A stretch of 64,000 nt of DNA from the IMG/VR virus record IMGVR_UViG_3300021431_000075, positions 64,001 to 128,000 of that record. One strand, given 5' to 3'. A model generated the notes under the pieces. That model searched no databases, was not told the DNA's origin, and worked only from the letters and a program-made list of their open reading frames with translations. The position numbers and the translations under genes are program-made. This stretch comes from a virus (lineage: Duplodnaviria > Caudoviricetes). Shown piece by piece: positions 20,357-29,536 of this stretch; position 1 is the first letter of the stretch, and the number at the start of each line of letters is the position of its first letter.

Positions 20357-22009
20357 CTAAACATGTTCAAAACCATCTTTTGAAGATTGAACACATTCAC
20401 TCCCTGCATTTTGCTGCAGGTTTCTTCGAAACGACAACAGCACTTTCTTCACCTCGTCTTTCTTCAAATCCCTTGGTTCGTAAGAGCCGTTGTCCTGTTG
20501 TTTTAAGAGCTTGTCTCGCAACACGGTTACGAGCACTCTGTTTCTTATGTTGTTTGCAGCGTTGAAGTCTGCATTTGCTGAATAACTACAATTGACGCAA
20601 TGGAAAGTCTCTTGGTCTGGTCTGTTATCATCATCAATACATCCGCATACCGGACACATCTTTGAAGTATAACAAGACTGCACAGTCGATACGGCGATTC
20701 CGTACTTACGAGCGATATGCTCGACCTCATTCTTAAGACTGCTCAATCCGAGAAAACCGACTTTCCTGTTGTAGTTTATGTTATCATTCTCTGGGTCACT
20801 AACATAGCACTTTCCAAAACTGTTATTCAAGTCCTCCATGACTATGTGACCTACATTCCCAGACTGCAGTTTCTTGCACATCGTAGAAATCGTCTGCTGC
20901 TCTGACTTCAGCATCTTCTCGTCAAGCTTGTCAAGCTTGCGCTGCCTGCGCTTTCCGACCACGTAGTCAGGGTTCTTGCTTTTCAACTCGTCAACTTCAA
21001 GGCAGCACTTACAATAGTCATTGACAAGCCTTCTATCATAGTCGTATATAGTTCCGTCCGAAAGACTGAACAGGTTGTGCTTGCAGTTCACGTCTATACC
21101 AACCGTTTCCTTCTCAGAATCGACATCCGGAACATATCTACCATCAGTCTTGCACAGTATAATCTTGACTTGATGAATCTTATCGTCGAACATCATCAAG
21201 TATTCAAAGTTACCGGTTGATGCATTGTAGTCTTTCATGCTTCCGAACCAGTCCTTGTTGAACTTGACCGGAATATCAAATGCCTTTCTACTGAAGCCGC
21301 TCAATGTTATGAAAGCATTTATCTTGGAACCGAACCTCTTGTTATATGCCAGCAGAGTGTTCTTCCTGCTTCGTCCTCCGAAAGTCAGTGACTTGAACTC
21401 TATCGGATGTTCTGAATACTTTCTGACGATTCTCTCGCGCTTGCTCATCGCAAGTCTGATCAAGCGTTCGAAACCGAACTTTTTACAGCACTCTATGATA
21501 TCTTTGTAGAACTTCACCTTGTCAGCATCCGTACATACAAGAACCTGCTGCTCCAGATAGCGAAGCGTGTTTGCATTTCCGTATCTTGCAAGATATGTCA
21601 GGCAAACGCTCAACTTTGTTTTCCTCTTCTTGAACAGAACGCGCTTCAAGTCGCCATTCTTATGCTTTCTCGTATTCTTCTTGTATAATTCAAAACCCTT
21701 GAAATCGACAACATAGAATGACAGTTTCTTGTTAATAGCGGAAAACTTGTTCTGATAGCACACGTACACATCAGAATAAAGTTGATTGTCAAACGAACTT
21801 GATATACATCCGTGATAGCGTGAACGCATCTCTTTAGCAAACTGGAACTTCGAATAATCCAGATAGCGAAGAATGTTATCGTTCACGAATTGCGACACTT
21901 TGTTCTTGTGACTGCGAACAAGCACGGCAAACTCGTACAACTCGTCATACTTGCGGCGAGTCATACAGTTCGAATGGAAAATTCTTGCGTACTTGCTCTT
22001 TACAATCAT
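20357..22009 (-). CDS. tnpB: TnpB RNA-guided endonuclease (IS607-associated)
   Basis: TVGIDVN (RuvC-I), IVMEDL (RuvC-II), YTSKMCPVC...CVNC zinc finger, NADFNAA (RuvC-III). Catalytic triad intact. Confidence 0.92.
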   Translation of the reverse strand: MIVKSKYARIFHSNCMTRRKYDELYEFAVLVRSHKNKVSQFVNDNILRYLDYSKFQFAKEMRSRYHGCISSSFDNQLYSDVYVCYQNKFSAINKKLSFYVVDFKGFELYKKNTRKHKNGDLKRVLFKKRKTKLSVCLTYLARYGNANTLRYLEQQVLVCTDADKVKFYKDIIECCKKFGFERLIRLAMSKRERIVRKYSEHPIEFKSLTFGGRSRKNTLLAYNKRFGSKINAFITLSGFSRKAFDIPVKFNKDWFGSMKDYNASTGNFEYLMMFDDKIHQVKIILCKTDGRYVPDVDSEKETVGIDVNCKHNLFSLSDGTIYDYDRRLVNDYCKCCLEVDELKSKNPDYVVGKRRQRKLDKLDEKMLKSEQQTISTMCKKLQSGNVGHIVMEDLNNSFGKCYVSDPENDNINYNRKVGFLGLSSLKNEVEHIARKYGIAVSTVQSCYTSKMCPVCGCIDDDNRPDQETFHCVNCSYSANADFNAANNIRNRVLVTVLRDKLLKQQDNGSYEPRDLKKDEVKKVLLSFRRNLQQNAGSECVQSSKDGFEHV

Positions 22010-22024
22010 CAGTTTGTCAAATTC

Positions 22025-22630
22025 TTATCCATTTGTTGTTCCTTGCTTTCTCTTCGAGTACATCTTTCCGCTGAACGACGCTATCAGCATCATCATGTCG
22101 ATCACGAGTTCTTCTTGCTCTGCATGTTCCTTGCTGTCAAGCAGCTCTATCTCTACGCCACAGTTGTTGAAGAAATACTCTATGAGATTGTAATGAAACC
22201 TTGTCAGCCGATCCTTGTGCTCTATGACAACCTTGTCTATCTTTCCGCTCGTCACAAGACTACAAAGCTGCACGAAGCCCTTGCGCTTGTCGTTCAAGCC
22301 GCTTCCTATGTCCTTTATCGAATATTCTACCTTGTACTTCTTCTTGATGCAATGCTCGAACAGCCTTGCAGACTGCCTGTCTATGTCGCCGCGCGTCTTC
22401 TGACCAGAAGCCGAGCATCTTGCATATGTAGCGACAACTACGCAGTCGCTTGACTTATGCTCTACATCATTACTTCCGACAAGGCTCTCTATTTCAGACT
22501 GCCTGTAGCGTCTGTGACCGCCGTCTGTCCGGACAGCGGTCAGACGGCCCTCGCGGTCCCACCTGTGCAATGTTGACTTGCTCACGTTAAGCAGTCGCAT
22601 CGTCTCTCTCAATGTCAGTAGCCTGTCCAT
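22025..22630 (-). CDS. tnpA: IS607-family transposase
   Basis: HTH with TDGGHRRY, catalytic ATYARCS, DIGSGLN, EHKDRLTRF, EELVIDMM. Confidence 0.95.
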   Translation of the reverse strand: MDRLLTLRETMRLLNVSKSTLHRWDREGRLTAVRTDGGHRRYRQSEIESLVGSNDVEHKSSDCVVVATYARCSASGQKTRGDIDRQSARLFEHCIKKKYKVEYSIKDIGSGLNDKRKGFVQLCSLVTSGKIDKVVIEHKDRLTRFHYNLIEYFFNNCGVEIELLDSKEHAEQEELVIDMMMLIASFSGKMYSKRKQGTTNG

Positions 22631-22814
22631 ATATGTTGTTCAGTTTTTCAACAATAGCATACGTAATCTGCATTGCAGTGTTGACATGCTCTTGGATTTC
22701 ATCAGGCTCCATTCTCTCAAGACCCTCAAGCAGCGGAAATTCGGTTCCGTCTTCGCATATGAAAATTCCATTAGCAACATCAACAGAAAGAACGCTTATT
22801 TTATTCTGATGCAT
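22587..22814 (-). CDS. Small hypothetical protein overlapping the tnpA start
   Basis: 75 aa ORF, preceded by GATAAATAAT, on the same strand as tnpA. Confidence 0.6.
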   Translation of the reverse strand: MHQNKISVLSVDVANGIFICEDGTEFPLLEGLERMEPDEIQEHVNTAMQITYAIVEKLNNIYGQATDIERDDATA

Positions 22815-22942
22815 AGAATTATCATCTTTTATTATTTATCATCATAAATATGAATGAATATTATTGATTGCTTATCAATATCTAATTTGACGCTGTTGAT
22901 AATCCATTTCGGAAGAACTTCCATCAAATGCAAATCTTGTTT

Positions 22943-25111
22943 TTAAATAATGGAAATAAGATTTCCCTTGTTATCAACATAGTTGTCAGCACCGACTCTA
23001 AATACTCCATCTTTGACATATTCAATCACACTGTCAGACCAGTCATCGAACAAAGTCGTCCCGTCAGGAAAAATAATGTTATATTTCTTCTTATAATATG
23101 CAACCTTGAAATAGTCGTCGTAACTATCTATATGAAGCTCGTCAGTTCTCAACCAGTTTTTAAACAAGAACTTACCATTGGAAGAATTCAGGAAATTGTT
23201 TATCATCATGCCATTGACTCTATTCTCAACAACATAAACATTTCCACAACAACCATTTATGTTCATAAACCAATCTTTTGAAACAAGCGTTCCATCAGAA
23301 CGCACAACGTTCCAGAGACCGGATGAGTTTTTTATTCTCGCACAATCATTCTCAAAATCACCAACAATGTATATATCATGCCAATAACCCTTGTCTTTCG
23401 TACTCAATATGTTTCCATTCTTGTCAACTATCTCTTTAAAGTTATTAATGATGACAACTGCACAACCGTTATAAAAATCCGACACAATGCTGTCAATCTG
23501 TATATCGAATAGCAAATTTCCATCACGACTGATAAAATTCGGACTCCCATCCCATCGATTTCGAATACGTGCAAAACCATCACAAAATTCAATAGGCGGG
23601 TTATCCTTATCAAAATATCTTACTTCAACATCCAACCCAAACCATTGATTTGTAATCAATTTTCCGGTAGTGTCAATAAAGTTATATTTCGACATGCCAT
23701 CTTTTGACACAACCAGCGCATTGCCGCCGGAATCAAAATTATAACATTCCCCAAAACCATCCGGTTTCCCGTTCTTGTCAACACACAATACATTTCCGCT
23801 TTCATCAACATAGTTCCATCCAGAAGAATAATACACCCTTGCATACCCGTTGCAAAAATCTCTACACCTACCAACCCATCTATCCAAAAGCAGTTTTCCA
23901 TCCTTTGTATAAAAGTTCCATGCGCCATTGTTGACAACTCTCCACACACCTTCGATTTCGGTTTGTTCAAAAGCATTATCAAAAACATCTTCTGGATACA
24001 AAATCCTGCATTTCTCGTCAACCAAAACAAATCCTTCCTTATCACCAGCGAATTCATCATCAGCATTGCAATAAACCCATCCGAAACCATTTCTGATAGA
24101 CTTGTATGACTTGATTCCTATATTTCCGAACATATCCTTTCCGTCTGCATCCAGAATATGAAAATAACCGCCTTTGTCCTTTACATAATAATATCCGCCC
24201 CGTCTAAAGTCAAGAACACCAAATCCATCTGACAAAATACGACCATGATTATCTATCAAGAATTGTTGATTCTCACTCTTTGGACGAACCACAGCTCTTT
24301 CATTCTCATCAAAAGATGTTCCATATGAATAATATTCTTCTGACAAAAGTTTTCCGCTTCTGTCTATATAATTAACTCCGCCACCATCTGAACTCAAACG
24401 CTGCACCTTCAGCATTCCAGACGAATATGTATTTATATCATTCAAATGAGAATTATCTCTTATAGAGAACAAATCATAACCTCTGGAATCAACAATATGC
24501 ATCATCTCACAATCATCATCCAATCTAACATATATCCTGTATATGTCATCCGAATCGCTTACCCTACATATCAAACCATATGCATTGCCAAGCCGAACAA
24601 CAGTTCTCATTACACTTATTCCCTCACATTCCGGAAACATCTCCTTAAGAGTTAATAAGTTTTTGAATCTCAAAGTCGCATGATTCTTTGTCGATACCCA
24701 GTCAACAGTCAGCCCCATATTTCCATAGTATTCAACATCATCACACTTATTGACAGACACTTCAAAATTATCCAACGAATTGCAATTTCCCTCACAGTAC
24801 AAACAGTACAACATAATCTTGACGACAAATTCTGCTGTAACACACTCTCTCCTGAACTTACAATCTATGATATATTTCCTGATACCACCGGTTGTATCTT
24901 TCTTGTATTCCATAGCAATGTTTCTTTCAATGAGATTATCAAAAAACGCATTGACTTGAACAATAAACCTATCAACAATAAGAGTTCTGTCACAAAACAC
25001 AAAACTTACAGAAATTGCTTCTTTGTTATCATTATCATCAGAAACTTCATCTGTTTCCAATTCTCCAAGAAGCGACTCGTTCATAATGTATGCTGTATTC
25101 ATATTGCTCAT
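22943..25111 (-). CDS. WG-repeat protein with conserved acidic leader
   Basis: 722 aa; leader YIMNESLLGELETDEVSD; FCNGYARV...WNYVDESGNVL; C-terminus VDNKGNLISII. Confidence 0.85.
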   Translation of the reverse strand: MSNMNTAYIMNESLLGELETDEVSDDNDNKEAISVSFVFCDRTLIVDRFIVQVNAFFDNLIERNIAMEYKKDTTGGIRKYIIDCKFRRECVTAEFVVKIMLYCLYCEGNCNSLDNFEVSVNKCDDVEYYGNMGLTVDWVSTKNHATLRFKNLLTLKEMFPECEGISVMRTVVRLGNAYGLICRVSDSDDIYRIYVRLDDDCEMMHIVDSRGYDLFSIRDNSHLNDINTYSSGMLKVQRLSSDGGGVNYIDRSGKLLSEEYYSYGTSFDENERAVVRPKSENQQFLIDNHGRILSDGFGVLDFRRGGYYYVKDKGGYFHILDADGKDMFGNIGIKSYKSIRNGFGWVYCNADDEFAGDKEGFVLVDEKCRILYPEDVFDNAFEQTEIEGVWRVVNNGAWNFYTKDGKLLLDRWVGRCRDFCNGYARVYYSSGWNYVDESGNVLCVDKNGKPDGFGECYNFDSGGNALVVSKDGMSKYNFIDTTGKLITNQWFGLDVEVRYFDKDNPPIEFCDGFARIRNRWDGSPNFISRDGNLLFDIQIDSIVSDFYNGCAVVIINNFKEIVDKNGNILSTKDKGYWHDIYIVGDFENDCARIKNSSGLWNVVRSDGTLVSKDWFMNINGCCGNVYVVENRVNGMMINNFLNSSNGKFLFKNWLRTDELHIDSYDDYFKVAYYKKKYNIIFPDGTTLFDDWSDSVIEYVKDGVFRVGADNYVDNKGNLISII

Positions 25112-25127
25112 TGTTTAAAAACCCATT

Positions 25128-27350
25128 TTAAATAAAACTCAACACATTTCCACGTCTGTCAATATAAACACGACCAGTATTGATTTGAAACACACCGTCA
25201 ATATTCGTATCATCTATCTCATCACTACTCATCTTGTCATATAGCAGCGTTCCGTCCGGCTTAATCATATTGTATAGATCATTTGACTTATTATAGATAA
25301 TGACGACATCATCATATGTATGAAAATCGTACTTGTAATCGTCAAGCCATTCATCGAACAATAGATCTCCTGAAGTATTCATAAAATTATACTCCATAGT
25401 TTTTGACTTTGACTGATGTCTACCAACCATACAGACGCTTCCACAAAACTCGTCAACTTCATAGTACCAGTCTTTCGAGACAAAACTTCCATCGGGTCTT
25501 ATGAAGTTAGAATGTCCTTTCTTGTTGACAACCAAAGCGTAACCGTTCTTGAACGGTTCTATCGAAGTTATCATACACTTCTTCTTGATTACAAGTTTAC
25601 CGTTCTTGTCAATAAGATTCTTGCTCCCGTTTCCATCTATAACAACCGCATAACCACTTTCATCAAAATCATAAACCTGCTCGAACCACACATCCGACAA
25701 GACGTTACCTTCAACATCTATATAATTGCCAAAAATCCCACCATCCTTATATTTATATACTCTAACAAATCCTGCACAAAACGGTGTTTTAGAATATACC
25801 ATCCCGTAACCATTAACATAAAAATTCTCTTTTAATATAGACTTTCCTTTCTTGTTGATAAAATCAACATATCTGTCCTCTCTATAAACCATTGCGATTC
25901 CGCATTCATGAAAATCACTACATGAATTAAACCAGACAGGCTTTCCGTTGCTTTGCTTGCAAATGAATTTTCCATTCGTATCAACATAAGTCATCTGGTA
26001 ACACTTGTTCTTATAATCATATTTAGTGACAATAGCACAACCGTTACAAAAAGAATCACAGTCTTCATACCAATCATTCAACAGCAATCGACCTGTCATA
26101 TCAACAAAGTTTGTCTTCTTTCCGCTTACGTTTTTATCATCAATCAATGAAACTATCCAGAAACCTTCTGAACCAGAATCGCTAATCCAATCATACATAT
26201 TGTTCTGAAACAGCAAATGTCCGTTCTTGTCTATGATGCCGTTTCCATTCTTGTCTTGCACTATTGCGCAACCAGAATCATCATCAAGAAAATCACCACA
26301 CTTGGTAAACAACTTATTCGACAACAATCTACCTCTTGCATCAATATAGTTATATTTCTCACCCATACGAACAACAGCATAACCGTTCACAAAATTCTTA
26401 ATCTCAGAAAATTTTCGGTTTGTTATCACTTTACCGCTTGTATCTATCAACGCATAATAATCACTTGTGCTGCCATCTGGTTCTTCACTTTCGATAATGT
26501 TAACTTCAGCAACGCCATAGCTGTCTATAAAATTGCCACAAAATCCACTATAGAAATCTTCTAATATGAAATTTCCGTCCGTATCTATATAATTGTAATT
26601 GAAATCCTTCCTGTTTCCAATTCCGACATCCTTATGGACTAACATCCTGCCGCAATGGTACACAGTATCGAAACATGCATATATATCATCATACTCAAAT
26701 ACAACATCCCCATTCTTTCTGGCTATCATGTACATAAGTTCATCACTTGTTGTTCTTGTAAAGATAAACTTATATAGTTCATTTCCAGTCTCTTTGTTCA
26801 CACAGAACAAAATACCCAACGGCAATGCAACTTTCATGATGCTTTGAATGATACTCTTCTTGCTACAATCCGGAAACAAGATATGGTAAGAATCTATATT
26901 TTTTATACAAAGATAACACTCTGATTTGCGTTCTGCGATGCAGAAAGTCAACCCATTCTGTTCTGTAAAATCAATATCACCAAAGGAACTGACTACAATC
27001 GAAAAATCAAACCTGACTTTTTTAAAACATGTGACATATAGAAGCTTTATAAGAAAGTTGTTAAAAGTGTCGATATTGACATCGGCATCATCAAACAATA
27101 TAGAAAAGTCAAGTCTTTCAGGATTTTTCTTATATTCAAAATTCTGGATAGAACCATACTTGACCTTCGTATTCAGATACTGTTTGATACTATCAACAGT
27201 ATTATACATGAAATAACTGCCTTGAATTGACAAATTGATAACAAACTTTCTATCATCATTATCATACACAACATCTTTCACATCATCCGCTTCCACTTTA
27301 TCAAGAAGCGTCTCGTTCAGAATATATGTTGAATGCATACAGTTCATCAT
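25128..27350 (-). CDS. WG-repeat protein with conserved acidic leader
   Basis: 740 aa; leader YILNETLLDKVEADDVKD; FVNGYAVV...YNYIDARGRLL. Confidence 0.85.
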   Translation of the reverse strand: MMNCMHSTYILNETLLDKVEADDVKDVVYDNDDRKFVINLSIQGSYFMYNTVDSIKQYLNTKVKYGSIQNFEYKKNPERLDFSILFDDADVNIDTFNNFLIKLLYVTCFKKVRFDFSIVVSSFGDIDFTEQNGLTFCIAERKSECYLCIKNIDSYHILFPDCSKKSIIQSIMKVALPLGILFCVNKETGNELYKFIFTRTTSDELMYMIARKNGDVVFEYDDIYACFDTVYHCGRMLVHKDVGIGNRKDFNYNYIDTDGNFILEDFYSGFCGNFIDSYGVAEVNIIESEEPDGSTSDYYALIDTSGKVITNRKFSEIKNFVNGYAVVRMGEKYNYIDARGRLLSNKLFTKCGDFLDDDSGCAIVQDKNGNGIIDKNGHLLFQNNMYDWISDSGSEGFWIVSLIDDKNVSGKKTNFVDMTGRLLLNDWYEDCDSFCNGCAIVTKYDYKNKCYQMTYVDTNGKFICKQSNGKPVWFNSCSDFHECGIAMVYREDRYVDFINKKGKSILKENFYVNGYGMVYSKTPFCAGFVRVYKYKDGGIFGNYIDVEGNVLSDVWFEQVYDFDESGYAVVIDGNGSKNLIDKNGKLVIKKKCMITSIEPFKNGYALVVNKKGHSNFIRPDGSFVSKDWYYEVDEFCGSVCMVGRHQSKSKTMEYNFMNTSGDLLFDEWLDDYKYDFHTYDDVVIIYNKSNDLYNMIKPDGTLLYDKMSSDEIDDTNIDGVFQINTGRVYIDRRGNVLSFI

Positions 27351-27363
27351 AATAGCGTCATTT

Positions 27364-29523
27364 TTAAATATAGTTCACAAGCGTCCCGGTCTTATCTACC
27401 ATAACACCATAACCTATTTCGAATAGGTCTTTATCCTTAATATAATTGATTTTATACGGTCTCCACGATTCACTCAACAACTTTCCGTCAGCAGTAATCA
27501 AATTATATCCATTACCTTTCTTTATGATATGGCAATCACCATATATCGTAATGTTGTTTGCATAATCGGACTCCAGCCATTCTTTCAGAATCAGATTTCC
27601 GTTCCTGTCGATAAAGTTAGTAATTTCATCTTTTTTGCGGTTCACTGCAAGAGTTACTTCACAAGCACCACCATAGAATCCACCGACTCTATAGAACCAA
27701 GTCTTGCTGATGCTCTTTCCGTCAATGCCTATATAGTTGAACTCTCCCTTGGCATTCTTCACACAAGCAAGACCATTAACAAACTTGCTTTCAATCTGAA
27801 CTTTCTTTCTGAATAAGATTTTACCAGAAGTGTCCACGCAACATGACTTTCCATCAATCTTGATAACGGCATAACCGCCACTAAAAACACATTCTATATC
27901 ATCACACCACTCATCCATCAAAAAAGTTCCATCTTTTCTGAAAAAATTATGCTTCATGGCATTCCCGTATTTTTTACAAACAGGAGCCAACCCGTCATTG
28001 AATGAAGAACTTCCGTCCAAGTTCACTCCCCAATAACGTTCAAAATGCACAGGAGATATGTATTTTCCGTTCGTGTCTATGAAATTCTCACAGTCGCCGC
28101 TAAAATCACTTATAATTACCTTTGCTATTCCATCTTCATCAAAGAAACTGCAGTTCTTGAACCAAACAGGACGACCATTTCTTTCACATACATAATTTCC
28201 GGCCTTGTCTATGAATGTCATCTCTCGTTGATTCTCAATTAATCCGTACCCATTTAAAAAACCACGGCACTTATCTACCCACTCGTCATTACCCGGCAGA
28301 TATGTTCCATCTTTTGTTATATAAGTCTCTTGTGTTGGAAGGCCTCCGTTGCTTTCATTTCTTCTCAGAATAAACACATCCTCGGACACACTGATGATTT
28401 TAACATCAGATTCTTCTGTATGAAACAATATATTTCCGCTTGTGTCTATAATACCTCTTCCATCATCATCAACAATAATTGCATAACCAGATTCAAAATG
28501 AATTGCCTTTGAAAACCATTTGTTCGGAGACAACACTTTTCCATATATGTCAATATAGTTATATTCTCCATCATAATTCTCAACGACAAAATAACCATCA
28601 TGGCTGAAACTATCAATATACTGATATCTATCTTCTGTGATGATTTCTCCTTTCGTGTTCATCAAACCCATAGATAGATCGTTAAATGTCACGACTGTAA
28701 CTTGCTCATAATATGAAAAATCTAAAGCACTACTAAAAAACTCATTAGATATGTAGTTTCCATTTATATCTATAAAGTTCCATCCCTTATTCTCTTGGGA
28801 ATATACTTTCAACAGACCGCAATTAAAAACATTGTTTGTCAATCCGCTTTCTCCCAATCTAACACGTTCTTTATATATTACTTTACCGTCTTTGTTAACA
28901 ACCAACCGTTCCCCCCATTTTACCAGATTTTTGTCTCTTTCATAATATACACAGAAACGATATACCTTATTTCGGGGTTCCAGACAATCACATAAACCGT
29001 ATTTGGACATAATGGTTCCGATACTAAAATAGACATCATTCATCGAAATATCCGGAAACAATTCTGCATATATGTTCAGATTCATCAACAAGACTCTGGT
29101 TGCATAGAATGAACATTCAACCGACAGAGCATCATCATTATATACTCTATCATCTATTTCTGTAACTCTCATTCTAAAAACCAATCCACAACTATCGAAT
29201 ACAACAGCAAGCGTCTTGAACATGATAGAGTTAAACAAATCAATATCAACCCTGTCGTTATATAGAAAGATAACTATGTCAATCCCCGCACCATTCCTAA
29301 ATCTTGAGTAATTTAGATTTATATTATAGCGCTCTATATATTTTCCTTCAACAAATGAATCAAATATATTATTTAGGACACTGAGAATTTCATCCTTCTT
29401 GGAATCGCCGACATTTAATGACAAAACAATCTTAAAACTGCCGTTCTTCTCATGAACTTCATCAACGTCAACTTCATCAAGAAGCGTCTCGTTCAACATG
29501 TATATCTTGTTTCTTTTCATCAT
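27364..29523 (-). CDS. WG-repeat protein with conserved acidic leader
   Basis: 719 aa; leader YMLNETLLDEVDVDEVHE; FNDGLAPV and FVNGLACV repeats. Confidence 0.85.
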   Translation of the reverse strand: MMKRNKIYMLNETLLDEVDVDEVHEKNGSFKIVLSLNVGDSKKDEILSVLNNIFDSFVEGKYIERYNINLNYSRFRNGAGIDIVIFLYNDRVDIDLFNSIMFKTLAVVFDSCGLVFRMRVTEIDDRVYNDDALSVECSFYATRVLLMNLNIYAELFPDISMNDVYFSIGTIMSKYGLCDCLEPRNKVYRFCVYYERDKNLVKWGERLVVNKDGKVIYKERVRLGESGLTNNVFNCGLLKVYSQENKGWNFIDINGNYISNEFFSSALDFSYYEQVTVVTFNDLSMGLMNTKGEIITEDRYQYIDSFSHDGYFVVENYDGEYNYIDIYGKVLSPNKWFSKAIHFESGYAIIVDDDGRGIIDTSGNILFHTEESDVKIISVSEDVFILRRNESNGGLPTQETYITKDGTYLPGNDEWVDKCRGFLNGYGLIENQREMTFIDKAGNYVCERNGRPVWFKNCSFFDEDGIAKVIISDFSGDCENFIDTNGKYISPVHFERYWGVNLDGSSSFNDGLAPVCKKYGNAMKHNFFRKDGTFLMDEWCDDIECVFSGGYAVIKIDGKSCCVDTSGKILFRKKVQIESKFVNGLACVKNAKGEFNYIGIDGKSISKTWFYRVGGFYGGACEVTLAVNRKKDEITNFIDRNGNLILKEWLESDYANNITIYGDCHIIKKGNGYNLITADGKLLSESWRPYKINYIKDKDLFEIGYGVMVDKTGTLVNYI

Positions 29524-29536
29524 TCATTACTTCATT

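Larger units (their letters stand above)
20349..22900 (-). mobile_element. IS607-family element 2 (small ORF + tnpA + tnpB); ends approximate
   Basis: tnpA-tnpB pair, visibly GC-richer than its flanks. A GG dinucleotide lies 7-8 nt after the tnpB stop, where WG coding resumes. Confidence 0.8.
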
